This document shows, in pieces, positions 40,801 to 52,800 of a stretch of 64,000 nt of DNA. Both the position numbers and the translations under genes were made by a program. The stretch lies in assembly GCA_002633005.1 (NCBI GenBank), contig NMRA01000427.1, forward strand, positions 1 through 64,000. Reading direction: 5' to 3'. The number at the start of each line of letters is the position of its first letter. Within the stretch, counting starts at the first letter, position 1. This stretch comes from Phoronis australis (Eukaryota > Animalia > Phoronida). The notes beneath the pieces are model-generated. The model saw nothing but the letters and a program-made list of their open reading frames with translations, had not been told where the DNA came from and made no database searches.

Positions 40801-43800
40801 CTACATCCTCACATTCACAAGACATTTGAATAGTTATTTTTCAACATGTTGCAGCTTTCTGCCAACCAGACGTTTGCTTGAATGACGGACAATGTATAGA
40901 AATGCCGGTACCAGGTAAATTAGGTTTTGTATATGTAATTATACTCACAAGAGGAGGCAGTGTGACCAGGTAGCATACATTGTAACTGTCCGCTGTCTTT
41001 ATTCAAGGCCGTGGGTTTGAGTACCACTGGGGCGTACTGTTAGACAATTGAGTCGGGTCTCTAAATCCTCGGCTAAGTTTCACACACACGTTAGTAAAAC
41101 ATAAAAGAAGTTCCAGGTGACCAGCGCAATGATCCCACCTGAGAGGCGTGCGCAATTTTTGCACAAAGCACTCTTTATATCAGTGTATATTGTATCCCAC
41201 TTCTTAACCTGGCATCTTATTATTCCTTCAGCTTCCACCAAAAACTTTTTTGGCACAAAGATACCTTGCAAAGAGGCATTGTGCAGGTCCAAGTCGTCAC
41301 AACTTGAAAATTGCTACAATTTGGGTATGCTCAAGGCATTTTCATTTCATTGGACTTCACCGTGTCTCGCTCCCTTCATGTTTTTTTCAAAGAAAAAATG
41401 AAGTTGCCACGGTATTCACGTTTCCTCGGGTCCCCCATTATTTTGGGCTAATCAAAACACTTTGATTCTTTTGAAAGTCGTTAAGTACAGAATGCTTGTA
41501 TTATAATAAGGCAGATGGTTGAGGTTACATGAGCTTGAAAGGGTACCGTGTTTATGGGACCCACTCATTTTTTAAATTAAAATTGCCCTTTTGGGATTTT
41601 TGTTTCCTGAGTAAGTTATTTGCTTGGACCGCATGTATGAAACAAAAATACTGCAAATCTCCTCCCCAGAACGAAACTCCCCCTACCATGGAAGCAATTA
41701 ACCTCCCAAGAAAGCAACTGCCCGTAACAAGGAAGCAACCCTCTTTATCAAGAAAGCAACTACCCTGTCAAGACAGCAACTGGCATCCCAAGAAAGTATT
41801 TCCCTTCCCAAGAAAGCAACTCCCTTTCCTGAGAAATCAACCCTCCCTCCCAAATAAGCCACTACCCTAACAAGAAAGCCATTCCTCCTCCCACGAAAGA
41901 TATTCGACCTCTCACGAAAGCCTCTTCCCCTCCCAAGGGAGCAGCTCCCCACTAAGGAAGCAACTCCCTTGCGATTGAAAGTAAATCCCATCCCAAGAAA
42001 GCAACTCCCCCTTTCAAGGAAGCAACTCCCTTTCCCAAGAAAGAAACTTCCCGCTCAAGGCAGTAAATGGCACCCCAAGAAAGCAATTGTCTCTCCCATA
42101 AAACCAACCCCCCAAAGAAAGTCATTCCCTCCCGGGAAAGCAATCGCCATTTTCTGAGAAATCAACATCTACTTCCAAGAAAGCCAATCTCCCTACAAGA
42201 AAGCAACCTGCTGCATGTACGAAAACCCAACGCTGTCCTACATACTCCACACACCGCCTAACACAGGTCCGGATATAAGTTCTCGCGATCAGTGCACAGA
42301 GCACATGTGCGACTCAAAAAAACCCGTCCGCAATTCGTAGAACTACATCTAGGTGTTCCCCGCGTGGCATAGCATAGCTTCTGAGTGGTCGTTTAAACGG
42401 ATGTTCACTTACATGTATGCTTAGTAGTTTTTGTTCCTGAAATGTTTGTAGTTAGTTGATTTGCTGGGTAATTAGGCGTTGTTCCAGACTGGTCCAATGT
42501 TGTTGTTCGTCATGTTGTTTTACTCTGACTATTAGTAATTTTATTTTTATTTTCCAAGTACTGTGATAGTCTTGTCGAATATCACGAAAAGTACTTCTGG
42601 GTAACACTTTCGAGAGCTAATAAACAGCAAGGGCATTGCATAAAGAACCTATATACAGCCTCGCGGGAAGTTGTGCGTTTTTAACGATGGTGGTTTATTA
42701 TTCTGAGGCGTGTGCTTTGCACTCTGGCTCTCAAGGTATTATGGGCTTCAAACATAACGTTCTTTGGACCTGTTGAAGCCGGTGAACATGCATGTGTGGG
42801 TGGGTACTGCGACGGGGGATTGTTTCCTTGGGGTCGAAATGCTTTCTTGGGAAGAGATGTTAGCACCAAAGGAGGGGGTGATGATGGACTAATCACTTAT
42901 ACGTTCGAATACGCTTCGATTCTTCTTCTCCTAATTTCGAAAGAGGTTAAAGCGTGCTAGCAAAACGTTTGGTTGAGACTGCCGAGTTTGTGAGTTCGAG
43001 TCTTTGTTGAGGCCGTTCTAATAGCAATATATTCTCATAAATTGACATTCTTTAATTTGTAAACACATCGATAGGCATGAGCTGTGTGATAGTCTTGTCT
43101 TTTTAGTACCGCACTGTGAAAACATACCGTTGAAATTTAATACCAGTGTGACAACTGAGACAGCAAATGGAAGCGTTAGTCGTCCATGCAGTGCAGTGCG
43201 CAGTTCATTAGGGAGAGCGCTTCACGTATGCAGAGACGCGCATCGACATTGCATTGGTAAGGAGTTGTCATTTCTTATTCTTTACTCTCACGGTACTTGA
43301 TATCGGTTCACTTCAGCAGCATGTTTACTTCCAGACATTTTATGTAAAACAAGACATTCCATTTGCCTTTCGAGGGTGTTCGACAACGTTTGCCAAAAAA
43401 CTGTAAACCAGCGATGGTTGGACTATGTTTTTCATTACAATTAAGATGCTATTTTATTTGAAAAACATGTTGAATTTTGTCTCTTTTTGTTATATCGTCA
43501 TTTCAAAATAGCCCGCCAAGTCAAATTTCACAATAGGGTCACAATAAACAACGTGGGGACATGAGGTGTCACTTTATTCAAAAGGGAAATTTGAATTAAT
43601 TAAAGAAGCTCCTTCTATTAAAGTAAATGCATAGACAGTGCAGTGAGTTTTGAGGTACCAAAATCCAAAAACGTTTACTTACGCCGACGTGTAAAAATCA
43701 GTATTGTGGGAACTAAATACAGACGAAGTGAAACATAAATCTGACAGCATGAAACGAAATTGACCCATATTTAAATCATGTCTACCATAAATTTATCAAG

Positions 43801-46800
43801 TTGTTTTCTCAGTAACCCATGCAGATTTCACATTTTTGCAAATAGAGGCTTTTTTTGGAGACTCTAACGGAAAACTGATTCGGCAACCCCACATTTTCTA
43901 GATTTGTACTCCACAAACAAAATAATTCAAGTCTGTGTTTCACTGCCACTGATACAAAAATCAAACCGTTCAGATGTATTTTACAATTTATCCACGGAGA
44001 TTTAAATTCCTGTTGGTGTAAAATGATTTTCTTGTAGTTAGTAAGTTCAATAAAACACTATGTTATTTGTTCCTCTTTTCGTCGATTTTGTACACAAACG
44101 GCAAAGCATGTCTCCTCGTTGTGAGAAACAGACAGGTTATATTCTTCTTGACTTTGACTCTTGACGTAAAGAAACAAGTCGCACCAGCCAGTCCGTAACG
44201 TTGTTACTATGTTTTTAAAGTACTGAAAAAGTATACTTCTCTCGCTCCTTTGAGCCTATGTGCACGTATACCTGTTTATTAATAGGGGTGGTGACTTTGA
44301 AAACTGTATTGGATTGAAAGAGATTTCATTTCGTCTGTGTTTCAAAAATTATGAATTTGACACATAAAGTCTTGCATGTACAATGGCAATGATGTTTAAC
44401 ACGTTTCATCGTCCCATGCCCAATAAAAAGAGTGAGGGGATAACTTCCTTTATCGGGACCAGACAAATTGAAAATTAGGTTGTCAATTTGCACAACACAT
44501 GGTCCAAGCTTAAGGTAGTAAATATGATCAAAATCAGTAATACCATCGTCATGTTCACGTCACAAAAATACGTATAATTTGTCCAGTGGTTGTTCTTCCT
44601 TTGAAGTGACTCAAATATGACGCCAGTGTACATCATGACCTCTGACCTTAGACTTGACTTCCACTAATTTGAGAGCCTGCTAGAATTTTTTTGTCTATCA
44701 TAATGCTATCGTTTTATGCCAGACTAATTCGCAAACACAACGCCTTTTTNTTGAAATTTAATACCAGTGTGACAACTGAGACAGCAAATGGAAGCGTTAG
44801 TCGTCCATGCAGTGCCTTATATGAGCGCAGTTCATTAGGGAGAGCGCTTCACGTATGCAGAGACGCGCATCGACATTGCATTGGTAAGGAGTTGTCATTT
44901 CTTCTTCTTTACTCTCACGGTACTTGATATCGGTTCACTTCAGCAGCATGTTTACTTCCAGACATTTTATGTAAAACAAGACATTCCATTTGCCTTTCGA
45001 GGGTGTTTGACAACGTTTGCCAAAAAAAACTGTAAACCAGCGATGGTTGGACTATGTTTTTCATTACAATTAAGATGCTATTTTATTTGAAAAACATGTT
45101 GAATTTTGTCTCGTTTTGTTGTATTGTCATTTCAAAATAGCCCGCCAAGTCAAATTTCACAATAGGGTCATAATAAACAACGCGGGGACATGAGGTGTCA
45201 CTTTATTCAAAAGGGAAATTTGAATTAATTAAAGAAGCTCCTTCTATTAAAGTAAATGCATAGCCAGTGCAGTGAGTTTTGAGGTACCAAAATCCAAAAA
45301 CGTTTACTTACGCCGACGTGTAAAAATCAGTATTGTGCGAACTAAATACAGACGAAGTGAAGCATAAATCTGACAGCATGAAACGAAATTGACCCATATT
45401 TAAATCATGTCTACCATAAATTTATCAAGTTGTTTTCTCAGTAACCCATGCAGATTTCACATCTTTGCAAATAGAGGCTTTTTGGAGACTCTAACGGAAA
45501 ACTGATTCGGCAACCCCACATTTTTCTAGATTTGTACTCCACAAACAAAATAATTAAATTCTGTGTTTCGCTGCCACTGATACAAAAATCAAACCTTTCA
45601 GATGTATTTTACAATTTATCCACGGAGATTTAAATTCCTGTTGGTGTAAAATGATTTTCTTGTAGTTAGTAAGTTCAATAAAACACTATGTTATTTGTTC
45701 CTCTTTTCGTCGATTTTGTACACAAACGGCAAAGCATGTCTCCTCGTTGTGAGAAACAGACAGGTTATATTCTTCTTGACTTTGACTTTTGACGTAAAGA
45801 AACAAGTCTTACCAGCCAGTCCGTAACGTTGTTACTATGTTTTTAAAGTACTGAAAAAGTATACTTCTCTCGCTCCTTTGAGCCTATGTGCACGTATACC
45901 TGTTTATTAATAGGGGTGGTGACTTTGAAAACTGTATTGGATTGAAAGAGATTTCATTTCGTCTGTGTTTCAAAAATTATGAATTTGACACATAAAGTCT
46001 TGCATGTACAATGGCAATGATGTTTAACACGTTTCATCGTCCCATGCCCAATAAAAAGAGTGAGGGGATAACTTCCTTTATCGGGACCAGACAAATTGAA
46101 AATTAGGTTGTCAATTTGCACAACACATGGTCCAAGCTTAAGGTAGTAAATATGATCAAAATCAGTAATACCATCGTCATGTTCACGTCACAAAAATACG
46201 TATAATTTGTCCAGTGGTTGTTCTTCCTTTGAAGTGACTCAAATATGACGCCAGTGTACATCATGACCTCTGACCTTAGACTTGACTTCCACTAATTTGA
46301 GAGCCTGCTAGAATTTTTTTGTCTATCATAATGCTATCGTTTTATGCCAAACTAATTCGCAAACACAACGCCTTTTTTAAAAATCAGCAATCTTGTTCTA
46401 TATTGCTCAGTATGCGAAAACTAAGTGTTTTTAAGAAATCATAATAGCGTTTTTGAAAATCGTAAAGTTTCCGTTTAAACAGTTTTGTTAAAACCGGCTA
46501 GGTAATTTTGTCATTTATGTATCTTTGCACTCAAAACGTGGTAACGTGAAAATGTTGAATTCAAAGCAGTGCAAATCAAATTTTTAGAATATTTGACCTT
46601 TCTTATTTCAAAAACTGTACACAAAGTGTTTAGGATATTTGACTTAGATTTGAGGTCTTTCATTAAGGTCCTACATTTGCCGTTTGTGTAATCACTGTCT
46701 AAATTCGCAGATTTTCCCAACGTAACACTGCAGAATCACGTATGCAACTGCAGTCATGATTACCACGGTGCCAGTTGTGAAAAAGGACCCTATTACCTAG

Positions 46801-49800
46801 GGGGCGCAATGAGTTGGAAGAGGGTGCACAACTCATCGAATGAGGTGAGGAAAATTCCATGTGAGTAGATGACCTCAACATTGCACAAGGCTAACTGAGG
46901 TGTAACTGCGAATGCGTTTCTGTAGCGTCGATGATTGTTTGTGTATTACGGTAAAACATGTTAAATGGATTAGTATTTAGTACAAGAAAAATAAGGGTAC
47001 CACAAGGATTCATGGAGTAGATGAAGACCATGCGTATGTTATTGCGTTTGAGAAGACTTAAAGAAAGAGATCGACGGTGCTTTCATGTATGTTATCCTCC
47101 GTGAATCCTTTCGTGTACATTGTACAACTTCTGATATACTCGTTCCCGTGCTCTTTTTTCTTTCTCTACTTAATTGCCAATTCTACGACAACATTGCTAC
47201 CACTCTTCCTTCTTCCGCTAGTGGTGATGCTTCTACCAAATCTGCAGCCGCCACCGATGAGGCTGCACGTGCTGGTCGTGTGAACGCGGATGCTAGATTT
47301 TCTTCCCTAAAAAACGCTCGCTGTCACCGTGGATACCATTCCGTCCACAGTAACTTCTTAGAAACTCGCGAACTTAGAAAGGCGACGTTAATGAGGCATC
47401 TGAGCTGGGTTGTCCGAAACTAAAAACATATCCACTAAGTAACTCTGCCTGCCCCATGGCGTCATAAGCATTGCCCAACGGTAGTAAAGTGACTTGCAAC
47501 GTGTAATGTGCTTGTGGTTGACATGTACAGCGTATAACTTCATGCAGCTTGACCTGAGTTTTATCCAATACATGTAAATATTTCAATTGAAAGATGAAGT
47601 TGCTTGCCATTTTCAGATTTTAGTTTCGTATAGATCTCAATGGAAACGTGGATTTGGACCATGTGGTTTCAGCTGCAACGTTTCGGACGTCGGTGAGTAA
47701 AATTTCAACAGTATCTAAAATTGGCACCAAAGACAGTTGCCGTTTTATCTTAGCATTGTACATGTATTCACGTCTGCGACGATAGTGCGCGAGTGTCTTC
47801 ACCATTACAATTGCCATGTTGAAAATTATGGCATTCATTAAAAACGCAGGCTCATCTTGGAATGCAGCGTAATTGGAGAAATTTATGTACATACTATTTT
47901 GAGCATTGAAATCTTAACTTCTTTAGTGGACGTGTCAGTCTGTTTACCAGGTCAAAATTTATAAACTATTTCGAGGTTTAAACAGTACACACCATGGATT
48001 TTTGCACATTTTGAATTACCGGTGGCCACAGACTAAATGCATGACGTAAAATTTAGCTAAACCCATGTTTATTTTGTGTAATTAGCTCAAAATTTTGATT
48101 TTTCTTTCAATTTTGCCAATTTTCACATTTCCCGCCATGTGACGTCATGGGTTGAACACAAGAGATCAGTGACTAGCATTGAACAATGGCGGAGACCAAG
48201 GAATTTGAAAGTGACGATGATTAAGAGCAAGAATTGAACGAATACTATGAAGAAACGTATGGGAATGGTGGCCAGGATGAGGAAATGGGGTTGCACGAAA
48301 GCGAGAACAAGTTTAATGTGCTTCCGGCTGCGTACTTTTCTACTTTGAGCCTTATGAACTGGATCCTCCCGCGAGAGAAGCGGCCTCGGGCTCGGCGAGT
48401 CAACTGAACCCAGTCATCCAACAGACGATCCTGAACTGATGTTTCTGAATGATAAATATTGCCCTTTATTGAACCAGGCCTTCATCGTAACGTCTCCTGT
48501 GACTGGAGTCGAAACACGTGTCCTCAAAGTGGGCAGAACACAGAGTGGCCCCGGACCGAATCGCTTGGTCCACGATGACGTCCCACACTCTCGTTCGGCG
48601 CACGAAGTCATGCCACTTCTGCGCAACTTTGGTGTCCTTCGGAACACCGAGAAGTTTCCGCCTGGATGTTGTTGCTGCAGGCTCCGGAAGCACATCTTTT
48701 GATCCCTCTACGAACCTTCTCGACGCTAAATGTACTTTGCATTCTCTTCAATCTCTTCAATCTATACACTTTGTCTCTGATCCGAACGGTATGGCGAACG
48801 ACTTGGGTTCAACCCATGACGTTGTACATAATTATTATTTTTTTCAATTTTTGCGTGTTTCTTTATGAGCTGTGCACTAAAGGCACTGAAATCAAGTAAG
48901 ATATAATAATAAAATTTATTTTGAGGTACTAGAGTCATGTTGTGTACACTTTAAGGACATGCACCTAAATCATTTACCTCCAAGGGTACAATAACTAATG
49001 CTGTTTTACAGGCAAAGGTGCCAATAAGTCTGTGGGAGAGATTGTGGTCCTTTTTAACGACACAGTGGTTCAGACGGTTGACCACAAGTACCACATCGAA
49101 GAGGTGACCACAGGACAGTCCTCGAATGACCTTGATTACGAGATGGGACTTGGGTCTTTCGTCATCAAGCTACCCAACGATACGACTGATATCGCTAATT
49201 TCTCTCTTCGGTGAGGATTGCGAAAAACGTTATAAAACAATTTCGTGCAGCATACGCAAACTGAATTCTGTTCCAAGATTTTGTTTTTCTTTAACAATGG
49301 TCATGATAGTAAGAGCAAGTAAACGTCATGTTCCCATTTAAAGAATATTTTCCAAACGGCATTCGCTGCTTGCTTCAGATATGTTAGGCAGCATACGTGG
49401 TACTGGTGTATTTGGTTAGCGTGGTTGACGTCACTGTCGTGCAGACGATGACGATTACAGTAACGACGATAAGCAGAAGGGCACTTTTGTAATTGACAGT
49501 GATGGTTACCATGGTGATAAATAAATCCTGCCTCTGATTATAAGGATAGTAATTATTGATACGATGAAGATCATACATTTAATGACGACGTCGGTGAAGT
49601 TGGCTAAGACGATGAATCTTTCGATGGTGAAATATATTGTAGTCATAAGGAAAGTTCTGATGACGATGATAATGATCTTAGTTACGGTGATAGTGATGAT
49701 GGCGCCGAAAATGCCCTGCCTGACATTTAAACCATTCTAACGTTTAAATTTCCAGGTTCCAGGGAAGTGGTTGGGCTCGTCTGTCTTGGAAATCCCCAGA

Positions 49801-52800
49801 TGAGTACAGGCTAAATGCGTTTGGGAATGGCACATTCGTTCTACACAACCATAGTCCTGCGGTTGCTAATTTCAAAACGCTTCACTACAGGTGCGTTAAA
49901 GATGCTGCGTCTCATTAAAACCGTGAATATTCAAATTTGTATCAAGCGCCATCCAGTGACTTGTTTGAGAACTGCGTGTGTAAGTATAATCAAGAAAAGA
50001 AACAATCTGCAAATAAATTGCGGTTAACACCACAACTGATAAACTTAAACACTAAAGTTAACTTACAAAAAAGCGCAATGATTCGTTGTACTGTACGATC
50101 GATATTTGATAGCGAAATGAGCAAATAATAAAATCTGTGCCTTGTTTCATTTGTTAAGCGTAACGATGAAATGTTACCATTGTCATTTACCTAAAAATAA
50201 TCTCGCAAACGGAGACTTTCGCGAGATTATAATGGCAAATTTTTCTGGCATGGTTTCCGGCAAACCTGAAGACCGGCGACGTTTGTAAGCACAGGCGCTT
50301 CGGTTTATCTGTTCTTTGATCGCAAATGACGTCACTCAATAATATACATAAGAAAACATAAAGGTTGGACACTTAAACTTTGCCAACCCGAGGCTCCCAA
50401 CTTCAACCGTCCAAAATCCAAATAAAACATGCGTGCACCTCCCTCAGTCTGGTGTTGCACAAACCTTCGAAGCCTTATCTTTCCTAGATCCCAATAACTG
50501 TCTTCGTGAGTGGTGAATTGGCGATGGAATTTCCAAAACAATCTCAAAACTGTGAATTCAAGGACCTGAAATAGTAAACATGGCGGATTTCAGTTGTGCT
50601 TCAACTTGTACGCCTGTCGTAGGGGAAACTTCGAGTTTGAGCAAGCAACCTGTATTTCAAATTCAGTAATTCTAATCCAAAACTCAACTAATTGAGAATG
50701 TTAAAGTTAGTATTTTAATGATTATTTGTAACTTTATTCCACTGAAGGCTCATTTTAGCCCTTAACTTAGAATTTTATTACATAAACTTGGGTATCTTGT
50801 TTCTCATCTTGACATCACGCACTTTTTTGATTGAAGAACAACACACACTCGGCCAGGAGACGTAGTCCGTGCAAGTATTGCAATGCGCGTGGCCGACGAG
50901 TTAACTCAATAGTTTTGGCCAAAAGTAAAACCTTCATAAGAAATCACATTACACAAAATAACTTCGCACATCAATACAGTATCTGCATAATTTATATTTG
51001 ACACCAATATGTAAGTAATCACATTTATTTGGCAATAAAGTGCTCTCTGCTTCTCGTGATCAAGTAGTCGAGGGATTGACGGCGAAAGCCGCGCGAAATT
51101 TGACTTTCGGATTTAGCTCGGGAGCTTCCGTCAAAAACCCGGATGTGCGAAGACCGTCTGCCATGACATCACGGAATCACTTCCTTGAATTTGTGATTTT
51201 GGCATTCTTTTGGCATTTTTGTCGCCAAATCACCACTCGAAGGCAATTTGAAGAGATCGAATGAAAGAAAGTATTCTAAGAGTGGTTCGGTGCTAGTTTT
51301 GTGGAGTTCCATGCACATTTGAGTAGAAAATTCTGAGCAAACAGATTTCGAGTGTCCAACCTTTATGTTTTCTTATATGTATTATTGAGTGACGTCATTT
51401 GCGATCGAGGAACAGATAAACCCAAGCGCCTGTGTTTGTAAGCTAGTCCTTGTTTGCATATTCGCAGTTTAATGACACATAGAATCTGTAACTACGAAGC
51501 TGTACACTCAAACCAATTAAATCATCCCTGTCGGACCATTTACGTGGGGTTTTAAAGATTTGGACATTGTGTGTATTCCGTCGCAACATTACAATTTCTT
51601 TCTGGTCAGTTCACTTATTTTTTGAAAAAAATTCTCGAAAGTATAGAAGAAATTGCATGGCTCATGACATCAATTAAAGCCACCTTTCAAAAGGGAAAGT
51701 CTCGTCACACGTCAAGCCTTTCTACGTCACGAGTGTCGGAGTGCGTCAAAACAGCATTGATACTTTGCACAGCACTGTTTTTTATAAGATAGGAATAGTT
51801 TGTGGCTGCTAGGAGATTTATTTCTTTGTCAGATATAACTGGGGTTGTGAGCACTCCTTGTACTTACCGCTGCCTGATGATGTGGACGGTGATGTCGTTA
51901 GGTGTCGCTGGGCCACAACTGAAGAGTCTGGCACAGCCAGTATGGGACTTCCTGGCGCCATATTGGATGAGGTTAGTTTCGTTCGCTAGCAGAGAATGGT
52001 CAGTTTAATTGAATATTGTAAAAAATTCTCTTTTGTTCAAAAAATTCTCGTTGTGACTTTATGAGATATTTTGTATCAATGCTTTATGAAGCAATGCGAT
52101 TTGTAATATTTTCATTTAACTTACTTTTTTCCAGGAAAATTGCACAATAACATTTAATGCAACAAGCGACAACCATTACCAACGTCAAGGATTGTACGCT
52201 GTGAATCTTATTTTTGAAGATTTTTCTGACGAGCTCTCCTTTTCTCCTAAGAGCAGTGTTCCTCTACAGGTATACCTTTAGCCAATTACAACAGCAGCTG
52301 AACCATGATTGAATCAATCAAGCGTTTAATGACCGGATATACAAACATACGTACATGTACGATGGAGAGTAACAACCTCCCCGGTAGTACGTGTTTGGTC
52401 ATCGTAACGATTGGAAACTATGTAATGTCACAAGGTGACATTGGATACTTAAGTTCTAGCTGTGAATAAGGAACCTTTTTAACGCTCTCCAGTTGTCTTT
52501 AAAACATCCATAAGCTATTGTGCCATAGACCCGCAAGTCTTGAGGATGCCATTTAGTTTTAAGTGTATTTTCAACTCATCTGCGCAGATACTTGTGACGA
52601 CTTCAACTTCATCCAATGACTGTAATGGAAACGCAATAGAGGTCATGGAACCGCAGACATCCTCTCATGTGCTTCTCAAAGGCAGCATTTTTCGAATGAA
52701 GTTCTCTATCAAGTTACCAGCTGACGGGTATGTTTTTTAATTACGTGGATAATCACTGACAATTTCTTGCAAATGTCATCTTTGAATGAATAGTCAGGTT

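Noticed and set aside
40965-41010. GSIHCNCPL as the second half of EGF 5
   Set aside because: It lacks the sixth Cys and a good acceptor and lies in a SINE-like stretch. Exon 46711-46844 completes the EGF properly.
41529-42304. Pro/Lys-rich repetitive ORFs
   Set aside because: They are translations of the minisatellite, open in several frames on both strands.
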